Part shown: positions 1 through 9,990 of the stretch, piece by piece
Layout: each line of letters begins with the position of its first letter
How positions within the stretch are numbered: position 1 is the first letter of the stretch
Source: Cyanobacteriota bacterium
GTDB lineage: Bacteria > Cyanobacteriota > Cyanobacteriia > PCC-6307 > Cyanobiaceae
Direction: 5' to 3'
NCBI GenBank assembly: GCA_046052125.1
Contig: JBJOMY010000002.1
Coordinates: forward strand, 448,001 to 512,000
DNA: 64,000 bases
Translations under genes and position numbers: made by a program
The notes under the pieces: generated by a model
The model's input: only the letters and a program-made list of their open reading frames with translations
Told to the model about the DNA's origin: nothing
Databases searched by the model: none

Positions 1-2
1 GA

Positions 3-485
3 TTCGGTCTGGTGCCACGCTCCAGCCCGCGCCAGGCCGATCTGCTGATCGTGGCCGGCACGGTGACCATGAAGATGGCTCCTGCTCTGGTGCGCTTGTA
101 CGAGCAGATGCCAGAGCCGAAATATGTGATCGCCATGGGCGCCTGCACGATCACCGGCGGCATGTTCTCCGCCGACTCCACCACCGCTGTGCGCGGTGTG
201 GACAAGTTGATTCCCGTGGATCTTTATCTGCCCGGTTGCCCGCCGCGGCCCGAAGCGATCTTCGACGCCGTGATCAAGCTGCGCAAAAAGGTGGGGAATG
301 AAGCGCTGTCCGAGCGCGGCAATCTGATGCCCACCCATCGCTATCTCACCATTCCCCACCAGCTCAAGGCGGTCGAGCCGATCGTTGACGGCCGCTACCT
401 CCGCGCTGAAACCCAGAAGGCGGCCCTAGCCGCTGCGGCCGAGTTGCCTGTGGGCGCTGCCATTCCTGCCACCACCACCGCTTGA
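3..485 (+). CDS. ndhK: NADH dehydrogenase (NDH-1) subunit K, 5'-truncated by window edge
   Basis: [22 protein letters not shown]...[12 protein letters not shown]...[11 protein letters not shown]uoB/NdhK motifs; followed by ndhJ. Confidence 0.97.
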   Translation, partial: FGLVPRSSPRQADLLIVAGTVTMKMAPALVRLYEQMPEPKYVIAMGACTITGGMFSADSTTAVRGVDKLIPVDLYLPGCPPRPEAIFDAVIKLRKKVGNEALSERGNLMPTHRYLTIPHQLKAVEPIVDGRYLRAETQKAALAAAAELPVGAAIPATTTA

Positions 486-488
486 TCG

Positions 489-1049
489 ATGCCTGAGGAC
501 ACCGCCCCAGCCCAACCCGCGATCACCGCGCCCCAGCCCGGCCCCGTGAGCACCTGGCTGAGCAGTCAGGGTTTCGAGCATGCCCTGCTTGAGCCCGACC
601 ACCTAGGCGTTGAGGTGATCGGTGTGGAAGCGCCCTTCCTGCCCGTGATCGCTGCAGCGCTCAAAGCCTCCGGCTTCGACTATCTGCAATGCCAGGGCGG
701 GTACGACGAAGGCCCGGGCGGACGGCTGGTGAGCTTCTACCACTTGGTGAAGCTGGCTGGCTTGGCGGATCAATCCACCGCTTCGCAGCACCTCCCTGGC
801 GATGTGAAACCGGAAGAGGTGCGCCTCAAGGTGTTCCTGGCCCGTGATGGTGATCTCACCATCCCCAGCCTCTATGGCCTGTTCCGCGGAGCCGATTGGC
901 AGGAACGGGAAACCTTCGACATGTACGGCATCCGCTTCGAAGGCCATCCCCATCCCAAGCGTCTGTTGATGCCCGAAGACTGGAAGGGTTATCCGATGCG
1001 CAAGGACTACGTGCAGCCCGACTTCTACGAGATGCAGGACGCCTACTAA
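489..1049 (+). CDS. ndhJ: NDH-1 subunit J
   Basis: [40 protein letters not shown]uoC/NdhJ motif. Confidence 0.96.
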   Translation: MPEDTAPAQPAITAPQPGPVSTWLSSQGFEHALLEPDHLGVEVIGVEAPFLPVIAAALKASGFDYLQCQGGYDEGPGGRLVSFYHLVKLAGLADQSTASQHLPGDVKPEEVRLKVFLARDGDLTIPSLYGLFRGADWQERETFDMYGIRFEGHPHPKRLLMPEDWKGYPMRKDYVQPDFYEMQDAY

Positions 1050-2461
1050 GGGCGTCCTCCCTCCTGCTTCTGCCGTTTGAAGAAGCGCATCACCGCCAGC
1101 GCCACGCTGCGGGGGTCATGCCTCAGGGTGGATGAGGGTCTGGCTCCTTGCATCGGTGCCAGCATCACGTCGTAGCCCTGGCTGCGTAACCGGCGCAGGT
1201 TGCAGGTCACTGGTTCAGCGCCGCGTTGGCGGTAATGGTTCACCAGCGGCGAATCACCCAGGTCCTCCTGGGCGAGCACGGCGCTGAACAAGCGTTGCTG
1301 CACTCCAAGGCTGGCGAGCTGCGCTTCGATCGCCCGCAGGTGCCCCTCCACATCCAGCCCATCGGTTTCACCGGGTTGGGTCATCAGGTTGCAGATGTAG
1401 AGCCTGGGGGCCTTGCTGCGGCTGATCGCTTGCACCAGCTCGGGCACCAGCAGGTTGGGCAGGAGTGAGGTGTAGAGGCTGCCCGGGCCGAGCACGATCA
1501 GATCAGCGTTAGCAATCGCCTCCAGGGCGCGCGGAATCGCAGGGGGACGCTCAGGGGTGCAGCCCAGGCGCACGATCGGGCTGGGGGCATGGCCGATCTG
1601 GGATTCGCCCTCGATGCGGCGGCCGTCTTCCAGTTCCGCCCACAGGCGCACATCCGCACTGGTGGCCGGCACCACCGTGCCCTGAACGGCGAGCACCCGG
1701 CTGCTGGCGGTGATCGCCGATTCCAGGCTGCCGGTGATCGCCGTGAGGGCTGAGAGAAAGAGGTTGCCGAAGCTGTGCCCTTCCAGTCCAGTGCCCGCGC
1801 GGAAGCGGTATTGGAACAGGCGCGTGAGAAGCGGTTCCTCGGTGGCCAGAGCGGCCAGGCAGTTGCGGATGTCGCCAGGGGGTAGCACGCCCAGCTCCCG
1901 CCGCAGCACCCCGGAACTGCCGCCGTCGTCCGCCACCGTGACGATCGCGGTGAGGTTGCTGCTGTAGCGCTTCAGGCCGCTGAGCAGGGTGGAGAGCCCG
2001 GTGCCGCCGCCGATGGCCACGATCGATGGGCCGCGGTTGAGGCGTCGCTTGGCTGCCAGAGCGTCCACCAGCAGCGTGTCCTTTTCCGGGGCCAGCGCTT
2101 TTTGAATTGTGCCGAAGCTGCGGCTCTGGCCCAGCCAGATCAGGCCGCCGCCCACCAGCAACACCAACGGACCGGTGATTTCCCTTGGCAACACCTGCGT
2201 GAGGTTCTGCAGCATCCAGCGGATCGCTTGCAACAACCAATAGATCGGTTGCAGGTCAGCCCAGACGGCCGCTCCGAGCAGGGCCAGCAATAGGCCGATG
2301 CCGGAGGTGAGCATCCAGCGCTTCACCACTAGCCCCGGTTGCAGCCAGCGGGCCGCCCGCCGCGAGCGACTCACCAGATCCTGCTGGCGAAGATCTCCTC
2401 GCCCAACCCAGCTGGGGCGGGGTGTGGTGCGATGGCTGCTGCGTGGGATTCGAGCGCGCAT
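1046..2461 (-). CDS. yvcK: YvcK/CofD-family (gluconeogenesis factor, UDP-GlcNAc-binding) protein with N-terminal TM segments
   Basis: [58 protein letters not shown]; start at ATG 2461 inferred. Confidence 0.9.
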   Translation of the reverse strand: MRARIPRSSHRTTPRPSWVGRGDLRQQDLVSRSRRAARWLQPGLVVKRWMLTSGIGLLLALLGAAVWADLQPIYWLLQAIRWMLQNLTQVLPREITGPLVLLVGGGLIWLGQSRSFGTIQKALAPEKDTLLVDALAAKRRLNRGPSIVAIGGGTGLSTLLSGLKRYSSNLTAIVTVADDGGSSGVLRRELGVLPPGDIRNCLAALATEEPLLTRLFQYRFRAGTGLEGHSFGNLFLSALTAITGSLESAITASSRVLAVQGTVVPATSADVRLWAELEDGRRIEGESQIGHAPSPIVRLGCTPERPPAIPRALEAIANADLIVLGPGSLYTSLLPNLLVPELVQAISRSKAPRLYICNLMTQPGETDGLDVEGHLRAIEAQLASLGVQQRLFSAVLAQEDLGDSPLVNHYRQRGAEPVTCNLRRLRSQGYDVMLAPMQGARPSSTLRHDPRSVALAVMRFFKRQKQEGGRP

Positions 2462-2531
2462 CACCCCAGGAGAGTGCTGGAACTGTACGGAGAAACCGCC
2501 AAGATGGCCCGGTTGCCTGTGTGAGTGTCCG

Positions 2532-3311
2532 GTGCCCGCACCCCTGGTGGAACTGCACGACGTGAGCGTGCGATGGGGCAGCAAAACCGTATTGAGCGAC
2601 GTGGATCTAGAGCTCCATCCGGGCGAGCGGCTGGCGGTGGTGGGCCCCTCCGGTGCGGGCAAATCCACGATCCTGCGGTTGTTGGCCGGCTTGCTGCTCC
2701 CCAGCAGCGGTGAGCTACGGATCGGTGGGGTTCCTCAGCGCTACCTGCGGTTGGATCAGCGCCATCCCCCGGATGTGCGCCTGGTGTTTCAGAACCCGGC
2801 TCTACTCGCCTCCCTCACCGTGCGCGAAAACGTGGGGTTTCTGTTGGATCGCTTTAGCCGCATGAGCGAAGCCGAGATCCGCGAGCGGGTGGGCTTGGCG
2901 CTTGATGCTGTGGGTTTGGCCGGAACCGAAGACCTTTACCCCGGCGAATTGAGCGGCGGCATGCAGAAGCGGGTGAGTTTTGCCCGGGCGGTGATCGATG
3001 ACCCCAGCCAGCCCGAGGGGAACCCGCCGCTGCTGCTCTTCGATGAACCCACCGCCGGCCTCGATCCGGTGGCTTGTACGCGCATCGAAGATCTGATTGT
3101 GCAAACCACCAACATTGCCCGCGGTACCTCCGTGGTGGTCAGTCACGTGATGAGCACGATCCTGCGGGCGGCCGATCGTGTTGTTCTTCTCTACGACGGT
3201 CTGTTTCGTTGGCAGGGTTCTGTGGCCGACTTTCAGACCACCAACAATCCCTATGTACTTCAGTTCCGCACCGCTAGTCTCAGCGGACCGATGCAGCCGG
3301 CGGAGCTCTGA
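2532..3311 (+). CDS. ABC transporter ATP-binding protein, MlaF/Tgd3-like
   Basis: Walker A GPSGAGKST, LSGGMQKRV signature, LLFDEPTAGLDP; adjacent to MlaD gene; GTG start inferred. Confidence 0.9.
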   Translation: MPAPLVELHDVSVRWGSKTVLSDVDLELHPGERLAVVGPSGAGKSTILRLLAGLLLPSSGELRIGGVPQRYLRLDQRHPPDVRLVFQNPALLASLTVRENVGFLLDRFSRMSEAEIRERVGLALDAVGLAGTEDLYPGELSGGMQKRVSFARAVIDDPSQPEGNPPLLLFDEPTAGLDPVACTRIEDLIVQTTNIARGTSVVVSHVMSTILRAADRVVLLYDGLFRWQGSVADFQTTNNPYVLQFRTASLSGPMQPAEL

Positions 3312-3316
3312 GATCC

Positions 3317-4201
3317 ATGCGCCGCAGTGTTCGAGAAGCAATCGTTGGCTTCACCTTGATTGCGGCGGTGGCTGGAACAGGCTTGTTCTGGTTGTGGCTG
3401 CGTGGTGTGTCCGTGGCCAGTCGTACCTGGCGTTTTCAGGTGAGTTTTTCCGACGCTGCCGGTTTGGCTGAGCGCTCGGCGGTGACCTATCGCGGCGTCT
3501 TGGTCGGCACGGTGAACAAGCTCACCACCACCTCCAATGCGGTGCTCGCTGAGGTGGAGATCAATGATCCCGGCCTGCAGCTACCGATGCCGCTGGTGGC
3601 CCAGGTGCAGGAACCGTCGCTCTTGGGTGGATCAGCTGTCGTCGCGCTGATTGCCCCGGCCCGTCCACTCCCGCCTGGCACCCCCAAGCCAGTCGCAGCC
3701 AACTGCAACCCAGCCCTCACCGTCTGTCCGGGCATGACCTTGAACGGCCTCAGCGCCGCCAGCATCGCCAGCCTCACGGTGTCGATGCAGAAGCTGCTCG
3801 AGCAGGTGGAGCGCGAAAAGTTGGTGCCCGAACTGGCTAAAACCACCCGCAGTTTTGACACCACCTCCAAAGAGGCCACCAAGTTCATGGTGGATGGTCA
3901 GCGCCTGATCAAGGAGCTGGAGCAGGCGGTGAACAGCGCCCAACCCACCATCGACAACCTCAACGCCTCAACGGCGAATATTCGCAATATCACCCGCGCG
4001 CTCGATAACCCCAAAACGCTGTCGGAGCTCAAAACCACCGTGACCAACGCGGAGAAACTCACGGCCCGCTGGAATGAAGTGGGCGGCGATGTGGAGAAAC
4101 TCACCGCCGATCCCCGCTTCATGAATGGCCTGCGCAGCGTGAGCATTGGCCTGGGCAAGTTTTTCGATGAGCTCTACCCCGCCCAGACCGGCAAGCGCTA
4201 A
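3317..4201 (+). CDS. MlaD/MCE-family lipid transport protein (Tgd2-like)
   Basis: N-terminal TM then F.DAAGL...[16 protein letters not shown] motif and helical C-terminus. Confidence 0.88.
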   Translation: MRRSVREAIVGFTLIAAVAGTGLFWLWLRGVSVASRTWRFQVSFSDAAGLAERSAVTYRGVLVGTVNKLTTTSNAVLAEVEINDPGLQLPMPLVAQVQEPSLLGGSAVVALIAPARPLPPGTPKPVAANCNPALTVCPGMTLNGLSAASIASLTVSMQKLLEQVEREKLVPELAKTTRSFDTTSKEATKFMVDGQRLIKELEQAVNSAQPTIDNLNASTANIRNITRALDNPKTLSELKTTVTNAEKLTARWNEVGGDVEKLTADPRFMNGLRSVSIGLGKFFDELYPAQTGKR

Positions 4202-6330
4202 ACCCCGCTGATCGCTTCCATGGCAATCGCCGCGATCGCCTGATCGCTGGCCTTGGGCAGCTGCACGTATTTGCCACCGGCGGCATCGGCGAGGTCTTTG
4301 CCCATGCCGCTGCCGATGAATTTGCGCTCGGTGTCGATCACCAGCAGCTTGATCCCGAGGGCGCGGTAGCGGCTGGCCACCTGCTTCACCTCCTCCTTGA
4401 GGTCTACGGGTTCCTCGCCTTCCAGTTCTGGCTGCCCAAGGGAGCGGCCGAGGGGCACGTTGCCGCGGCCGTCGGTGATCGCCACCACCACCACCTGGCC
4501 GAGATCGCCGGTGGCCAGGGCATTGGCCCCCACCCGGGCGGCCTGGGAGAGGCCGTGGGCCAAGGGTGAACCGCCGCCGCAGGGCATGGATTCGAGGCGC
4601 CGGCGCGCGGCGGTGATCGAGCGGGTGGGGGGCAGCAACACCTCCGCGGCTTCGCCGCGGAAGGGAATCAGGGCTACCTCGTCGCGGTTTTCGTAGGCCT
4701 CGGTGAGCAGGCGGATCACGGCGCCCTTGGCGCTCTGCATCCGGTTGAGCGCCATCGAGCCGCTGGCATCCACCAGGAAGATCACCAGGGCGCCGGCCTT
4801 GCGTTGCAGCTGCTTGGCCCGCAGGTCGCCGTCTTCCACCACCACCTTCCGGTGGGGCTCCCGTTCGCGCCGGGTTTTCTGATAAGGCGCTGCAGCCCGC
4901 AGGGTGGCGTCCACGGCGATGCGCTTCACCGGGCCGCGGGGGAGCATCGGCTTCACGTAGCGGCCGCGCGAATCGCTGAACACCACGGCGCGGCTGCCGC
5001 TGCCGCCGCTCTTGGCCTTGCCGGCGTTGAACAGCAGCAGGTCGGGATCGATGGCGGTGGCCTCTGGATCCAGCAGGAATTCCTCCGGGATCGACGGGGG
5101 CGCCTGATCCTCAGGGCTGTCGTCTTCGTCGTTGTTGTCGTCTTCGGGCTCGTCGGGCTCCTGCTCGTTCTCAGGCTGCTCGGGCTCCTCAGGCGGTTGT
5201 TCGCCCTGCGGGGGCGGCGGCGGCGGGGGCTCCATCGGCTGATCGGGATCAGGCGGCGGCAGCTGCAGGGCGCGGGGAGCGATCACCAGGCGCACTGCCA
5301 CCTGCAGGTCGTCGGCCTCGACTCGATCGCGGCCGCTGAGGGCGGCATGGGCACGGGCGACGCGCACGGCATAGAGCTCGCTGCGGTGGCCCTCCACGCC
5401 GCCCCGCAGGGCTTCATTCACTAGGTAGGCAATTTGTTCGCGCGTGATCTGTACATCCGGCAGCCACTGGCGGGCCAGCAACAGCTGGGTGGCCAGGGCG
5501 TCGGTGTCCTCCTGGAAGCGGGCGGCGAAGGCCTGGGTGGATTCGGCATGGCCGATGGCGCTGCGGGCGATCTCCACCCGTTGATCCAGCTCAAGCACCT
5601 GGTTGGCTGAGAGGGCGATCGCAAAGCGATCGAGCAGGTGGTCGCGCACCGCTCCCTCTTCAGGGTTGTAGGTGGCGATCAGCAGGCAACGGCAGGGGTG
5701 GCTGAGGCTCAGGCCCTCGCGCTCGATCCGGTTCTCGCCGCTGCCGACAGCCGCTAGCAGCAGGTTGGTGATGTTGTCGTCGAGCAGGTTGAGCTCGTCG
5801 ACGTAGAGCACGCCCCGGTGTGCTTCGGCCAACAGGCCCGGCTGGAACACGGCCTGGCCGTTGGCCAGCGACGCGGTCACGTCCACCGACCCGACCAAGC
5901 GGTCTTCCGTGATTCCCAGCGGCACCTGCACAAACGGCGCCGGAATCACCTTGGTGGGCAGCAGCACCCCTGCATCGTTGCCGCTGGGATCGGCCCCCAG
6001 CTCGGTGAGGCGGCGGCGGGTGGGCTCGTCCCAGTCGTCGGGGCGCTGCGGGTCGATGTTGAGCGCCGCCGGGGCCGGCTGGCCCGCGGGTGCGGTGCCC
6101 AGATCGAGCACATCGATCGGCGGCAGCAGGGCGTGCAGCCCCCGCGCCAAGACTGATTTACCGGTGCCGCGGCCGCCGGCGATCACCACGCCGCCCAGGC
6201 CCGGATCCACCGCCGCCAACAGCAGCGCCAGCTTCAGGGTGCCGTGGCCAGTGATGGCCGCCAGCGGAAAGGCCCGGGCCGCAGCGTCGCTGATGGCAGT
6301 TCCGCTTGCAACCGATCCACTTGCAACCAT
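4198..6330 (-). CDS. chlD: Magnesium chelatase subunit D
   Basis: AAA module ([17 protein letters not shown]), Pro/acidic linker, vWA domain (FLVDASGSM). Confidence 0.96.
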   Translation of the reverse strand: MVASGSVASGTAISDAAARAFPLAAITGHGTLKLALLLAAVDPGLGGVVIAGGRGTGKSVLARGLHALLPPIDVLDLGTAPAGQPAPAALNIDPQRPDDWDEPTRRRLTELGADPSGNDAGVLLPTKVIPAPFVQVPLGITEDRLVGSVDVTASLANGQAVFQPGLLAEAHRGVLYVDELNLLDDNITNLLLAAVGSGENRIEREGLSLSHPCRCLLIATYNPEEGAVRDHLLDRFAIALSANQVLELDQRVEIARSAIGHAESTQAFAARFQEDTDALATQLLLARQWLPDVQITREQIAYLVNEALRGGVEGHRSELYAVRVARAHAALSGRDRVEADDLQVAVRLVIAPRALQLPPPDPDQPMEPPPPPPPQGEQPPEEPEQPENEQEPDEPEDDNNDEDDSPEDQAPPSIPEEFLLDPEATAIDPDLLLFNAGKAKSGGSGSRAVVFSDSRGRYVKPMLPRGPVKRIAVDATLRAAAPYQKTRREREPHRKVVVEDGDLRAKQLQRKAGALVIFLVDASGSMALNRMQSAKGAVIRLLTEAYENRDEVALIPFRGEAAEVLLPPTRSITAARRRLESMPCGGGSPLAHGLSQAARVGANALATGDLGQVVVVAITDGRGNVPLGRSLGQPELEGEEPVDLKEEVKQVASRYRALGIKLLVIDTERKFIGSGMGKDLADAAGGKYVQLPKASDQAIAAIAMEAISGV

Positions 6331-6350
6331 GGAGTGGCCTGAGCCCTTGA

Positions 6351-6965
6351 GTGGTGCGCGTCAGTCTCGCTGATCAGGGCAGCTCAGGCGGCCCCGAGGC
6401 CACGGCGCAGTTGGCGATTGGCCTGGGCGCCAACCTGCCCAGTGCCGCCGGTGGTCCGATCGACACCCTCGTTGCGGTACGCCCCCTTCTGGCGCAGCTG
6501 TTCCAGAGCTGGGCGCCGCAAACTTGCTGGCTGCGATGGTCGCCGCTGTTCCGCACAGCACCAGTGGGCGGCCCCCCCGGCCAGCCGGATTATCTGAACG
6601 CTGCTGTGGTGGCCGAGGTGGCGCTTGCGCCCACCCCTCCCGCTGCTCTGGTTCTCCTGGCAGGTCTGCAGCAGCTGGAGCGTGCCTTTGGCCGTGAGCG
6701 GTTGGAACACTGGGGGCCCCGCACCCTCGATCTGGATTTGCTGTGGTGGGGTGATTTGCAGTGCGATCTCCCGGCGTTGCAGCTCCCCCACCCCCGCTGG
6801 CATCAGCGCGGATTTGTGCTGGCTCCGCTCCTGACGATTGAGTGCAGCAGCAACTCCCCCTTGCGAGTGCCTGCGCGTTTCGCTCCGCTTTCCGGCTTGC
6901 GACCCGATCCCCAGGAGCCACCGCCTCAGCCCCTCAGCCCCAAGCCGCTTGGCTGGCCTGCCTGA
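6351..6965 (+). CDS. folK: 2-amino-4-hydroxy-6-hydroxymethyldihydropteridine diphosphokinase
   Basis: [32 protein letters not shown]...RGFVLAPL. Confidence 0.93.
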   Translation: MVRVSLADQGSSGGPEATAQLAIGLGANLPSAAGGPIDTLVAVRPLLAQLFQSWAPQTCWLRWSPLFRTAPVGGPPGQPDYLNAAVVAEVALAPTPPAALVLLAGLQQLERAFGRERLEHWGPRTLDLDLLWWGDLQCDLPALQLPHPRWHQRGFVLAPLLTIECSSNSPLRVPARFAPLSGLRPDPQEPPPQPLSPKPLGWPA

Positions 6966-7002
6966 GCGGATCAGGTCGATCGGCGCTTAGCCGGGATGGC
7001 TT

Positions 7003-7401
7003 TCACCACAGGGTGCGGACACTCCGATCGTGCAGGGCGGGGTCGTGGCTCACGAGCGTGAGGTTCTCGATCTGAGCCTGCGCCAGCAGCAGGCTTCCCA
7101 CCGGGTCTGGTGGCTGGGAGCGCGACGCTGAGCGCCACTGCCCTGCAAGCAAGCTGTGGCGTGCCGTGATGGGTAACAGTTCAGAGCCTTCTTGGCTGAT
7201 CAGCTCCGGCAGCTGCCAGATCACCGGTGTCAGCTCCGGGAGCTTGCGCGCCTGCTCAGCGCTGCTGAGCTCCCACAGGCTGGCCACGCTCACCAACACA
7301 AGCTGTTCTGGATCGGCCAGGTGTTGCCTGACCCGCGGCGAGAGCAGCTGTGGACAGCACCACCACCACAGCAGGACATGACTGTCGAGCAGGAGCTTCA
7401 T
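7003..7401 (-). CDS. PIN-domain (VapC-like) toxin, possibly catalytically degenerate
   Basis: MKLLLDSHVLLWW...SVASLWE...DP...LLLAQAQIENLTLVSHD; ATGA overlap with upstream antitoxin. Confidence 0.85.
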   Translation of the reverse strand: MKLLLDSHVLLWWWCCPQLLSPRVRQHLADPEQLVLVSVASLWELSSAEQARKLPELTPVIWQLPELISQEGSELLPITARHSLLAGQWRSASRSQPPDPVGSLLLAQAQIENLTLVSHDPALHDRSVRTLW

Positions 7402-7628
7402 GGCCGCAGCAGGATGCGTGGTTCTCCCAAGGGGCCCAGCCAGCGCAGCCGCCCAGGGACTCGCTGCGGCGTCTGATCCTGTGCGGCTACCGCCAGGGGG
7501 ACGAGCAGGGCCCAGGGCTGGCCATATTTCATCAGCACAAACCGCTCGCCTGCATGGGCTCGATCCATCAGTTCAGCCAGGTTCTGACGGGCGGCATGGG
7601 CGTTGATGCGTTGCGGGAGTTCCGTCAT
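7398..7628 (-). CDS. Phd/YefM-family antitoxin
   Basis: MTELPQRINAHAARQNLAELMDRAHAGERFVLMKYGQPWALLVP matches Phd fold pattern; directly upstream of PIN gene. Confidence 0.82.
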   Translation of the reverse strand: MTELPQRINAHAARQNLAELMDRAHAGERFVLMKYGQPWALLVPLAVAAQDQTPQRVPGRLRWLGPLGEPRILLRP

Positions 7629-7716
7629 GGGGACTGGCCGGGGCGGTGTGCTGGTCTGGCGGGGGCAGGGTTGCCTTGGTGAAGAGTCCTCTGGTGTTGG
7701 TGTTGCAGGGGTTCTC

Positions 7717-7758
7717 CAACAGTGCGACCACTTTTTTCTGAATGTGGTCGCACTGTTG
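7717..7758. repeat. Perfect 15-bp inverted repeat (hairpin element copy 1)
   Basis: CAACAGTGCGACCAC-ttttttctgaat-GTGGTCGCACTGTTG. Confidence 0.9.
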
Positions 7759-7912
7759 AAGCGCGTTGAGAGCGTCTGGCGGGGCTCACAACCAACGGCG
7801 GACTCGGGCTGATCCATCACTGCGCCACGGCTTGAGTGTTCCCCAGGTCCTCGGCAGTGGGACCGTGATGGGCCCCTGCGAAGCTGGCCTGATCGAATGT
7901 TGGACCGCCGCC

Positions 7913-8473
7913 ATGGCGCCCCTGCCCGCCCCAGAGCCTGCGCGCCACCTGGAGACCACCGCCAGCCTTGATGCGCGGAAGCTGCGCTTCGAGATCAATC
8001 GCGTGGAGCTGCCGATGGGGGTGGAGGGCAGCTTTGGGGTGATCAAGCACCCCGGTGCCTCCCTGGCGGTGCCGTTGCTCGACGACGGCCGTGTGGTGGT
8101 GCTGCGTCAGTACCGCTTTGCGGTGGCCACGCGGTTGCTCGAGTTTCCTGCCGGCACGCTCGATCCAGGCGAGACGCCGCTCTCCACCATGCAGCGGGAG
8201 CTGCAGGAGGAGGCTGGCTACAGCGCCAGCCGCTGGGATGAACTGGGCGCGATGTTGCCGTGTCCGGGCTACTCCGATGAGGTGATCTATCTCTTTTTGG
8301 CCCGCGAGCTCACGGAGCTCAGCGAGCGGCCGGCCGGCGATGACGATGAAGACCTCGAGGTGGTGCTGATGACCCCGGCGGAGCTCGATGCCGCCATCGC
8401 CAGCGGTGATGAATACCTCGACGGCAAGAGCATCACCGCCTGGTTCCGGGCCAAGCAGCTGCTGGGGCTCTGA
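7913..8473 (+). CDS. NUDIX hydrolase (ADP-ribose pyrophosphatase-like)
   Basis: LRQYRFAV...LEFPAGTLDPGETPLSTMQRELQEEAGY Nudix box. Confidence 0.92.
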   Translation: MAPLPAPEPARHLETTASLDARKLRFEINRVELPMGVEGSFGVIKHPGASLAVPLLDDGRVVVLRQYRFAVATRLLEFPAGTLDPGETPLSTMQRELQEEAGYSASRWDELGAMLPCPGYSDEVIYLFLARELTELSERPAGDDDEDLEVVLMTPAELDAAIASGDEYLDGKSITAWFRAKQLLGL

Positions 8474-9972
8474 TGGGGGCGGAACGCTGGCTGTTCTGGC
8501 ATCGGCGCGACCTGCGCCTGGCCGACAACCTGGGCCTGGCCGCGGCGGGAGCCGCCACACCGGCACTGACCGGGGTGTTTGTGCTCGATCCCGCGATTCT
8601 TGGCGCTGCCGATATGGCGCCGGCACGGGTGTGGTTTCTGCTGGAGAGCCTCAAGGAGCTGCAGCAGCGTTGGCGTGAGGTGGGTAGCCGACTGTTGGTG
8701 TTGGAGGGTGATCCTGAGCTGGTGCTGCCTCAGTTGGCTGAGGCGCTGGCGGCGCCGGTGGTGGCCTGGAACCGTGATGTGGAGCCCTATGGCCGCGCCA
8801 GAGATCGGCGTGTGGCTGCGGCACTGCAGGCGGCGGGTCGCCGCGTGTTGGTGGATTGGGATCAGTTGCTGGTAGCGCCGGAGGCGCTGAAAACCGGCGG
8901 CGGCGATCCCTATCGCGTCTATGGACCCTTCCAACGCAACTGGCGCGGCCAGGTGGAGCGCAAAGCCGCGGCCGGTTCAGCGCTGCAGGGAGGCCTCGAC
9001 CCGCTGCCCGCTCCTGCAGGGCTGATCGATCTGGATCCGGCGGCGTTGCCCGAGCCCCGTGCGGCCCTCTGGGCGCAGCTGCCCCTGCGCGACAGCCTGC
9101 CCACCCTCGCCCAGCTGGGTCAGGCGTTTGATGGGGCGGAGTGTTGCCCCTGCCGCCCTGGGGAAACGGCGGCGCTGGAGCAGTTGCAGGCCTTCTGTGA
9201 TGGCGGTGGCTTGCTGGCCTACGAGCCCGGGCGCAATATCCCGGGGGAGGCGGGCACCTCCGGCCTCAGTGCAGCCCTGAAGTTCGGCACCCTCAGCCCG
9301 CGCCAGGCCTGGGCGGCGGCCCAGGCGGCGCGTGAGTTGGCACGCAGCTCCGAAGCGCTCGAATCGATTCAGGTGTGGGAGCAGGAGCTGGCCTGGCGCG
9401 AGTTTTATCAACAGGCGCTGTTCCATTTCCCTGAGCTGGCGGAGGGGCCGTACCGCCCTCAGTGGAAGCAATTCCCGTGGGACAACCACCAGGGTCATTA
9501 CGAGGCCTGGTGCGAAGGGCTCACGGGCATGCCGATCATCGATGCGGCGATGCGCCAGCTCAATGAAAGCGGCTGGATGCACAACCGCTGCCGCATGATC
9601 GTGGCGTCTTATCTGGTGAAGGATCTGATCTGCGATTGGCGCTGGGGCGAGACCGCCTTCATGCAGCGCCTGGTGGATGGAGATCTGGCGGCCAACAACG
9701 GCGGCTGGCAGTGGAGTGCCAGCAGTGGCATGGATCCCAAACCGCTGCGCATCTTCAATCCCGCCACCCAGGCCAGCAAGTTCGACTCCGAGGGCGCCTA
9801 TATCCGCCACTGGCTGCCAGAGCTACGCCATGTGAACACCAAAGATCTGCTCAGTGGCGAGATCGCTCCGATGGAGCGTCGTGGCTACCCGGAACAGCTG
9901 GTGAGCCACAAGAGCCAACAAGCGCGTTTTAAGGCTCTGTACGCCTCCTTGACTAAACCGGGCAGCGGCTGA
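8473..9972 (+). CDS. Deoxyribodipyrimidine photolyase (class I CPD photolyase/cryptochrome family)
   Basis: WHRRDLRLADN, TSGLSAALKFG, ELAWREFY, GWMHNRCRMIVAS, DGDLAANNGGWQW, RIFNP. Confidence 0.94.
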   Translation: MGAERWLFWHRRDLRLADNLGLAAAGAATPALTGVFVLDPAILGAADMAPARVWFLLESLKELQQRWREVGSRLLVLEGDPELVLPQLAEALAAPVVAWNRDVEPYGRARDRRVAAALQAAGRRVLVDWDQLLVAPEALKTGGGDPYRVYGPFQRNWRGQVERKAAAGSALQGGLDPLPAPAGLIDLDPAALPEPRAALWAQLPLRDSLPTLAQLGQAFDGAECCPCRPGETAALEQLQAFCDGGGLLAYEPGRNIPGEAGTSGLSAALKFGTLSPRQAWAAAQAARELARSSEALESIQVWEQELAWREFYQQALFHFPELAEGPYRPQWKQFPWDNHQGHYEAWCEGLTGMPIIDAAMRQLNESGWMHNRCRMIVASYLVKDLICDWRWGETAFMQRLVDGDLAANNGGWQWSASSGMDPKPLRIFNPATQASKFDSEGAYIRHWLPELRHVNTKDLLSGEIAPMERRGYPEQLVSHKSQQARFKALYASLTKPGSG

Positions 9973-9990
9973 TCAGGCGTTGATCGCCCC

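Noticed and set aside
2532..4201. MlaF-MlaD pair lacking a permease gene
   Set aside because: The MlaE-like permease is commonly encoded elsewhere in cyanobacteria
5090..5260. Low-complexity repeats inside chlD
   Set aside because: Normal Pro-rich/acidic linker of ChlD
7714..7761. Integron attC site (CTCCAAC...GTTGAAG resembles the R''/R' boxes, next to a TA pair)
   Set aside because: Stem is perfect, lacking extrahelical bases and an unpaired spacer; copy 2 lacks AAC/GTT ends; no integrase in the window
6968..7815. Imperfect terminal inverted repeats around the TA module (GGATCAGGTCGA / TCGGGCTGATCC)
   Set aside because: Only 10 of 12 match and built on GATC, which is very common here; no target-site duplication seen
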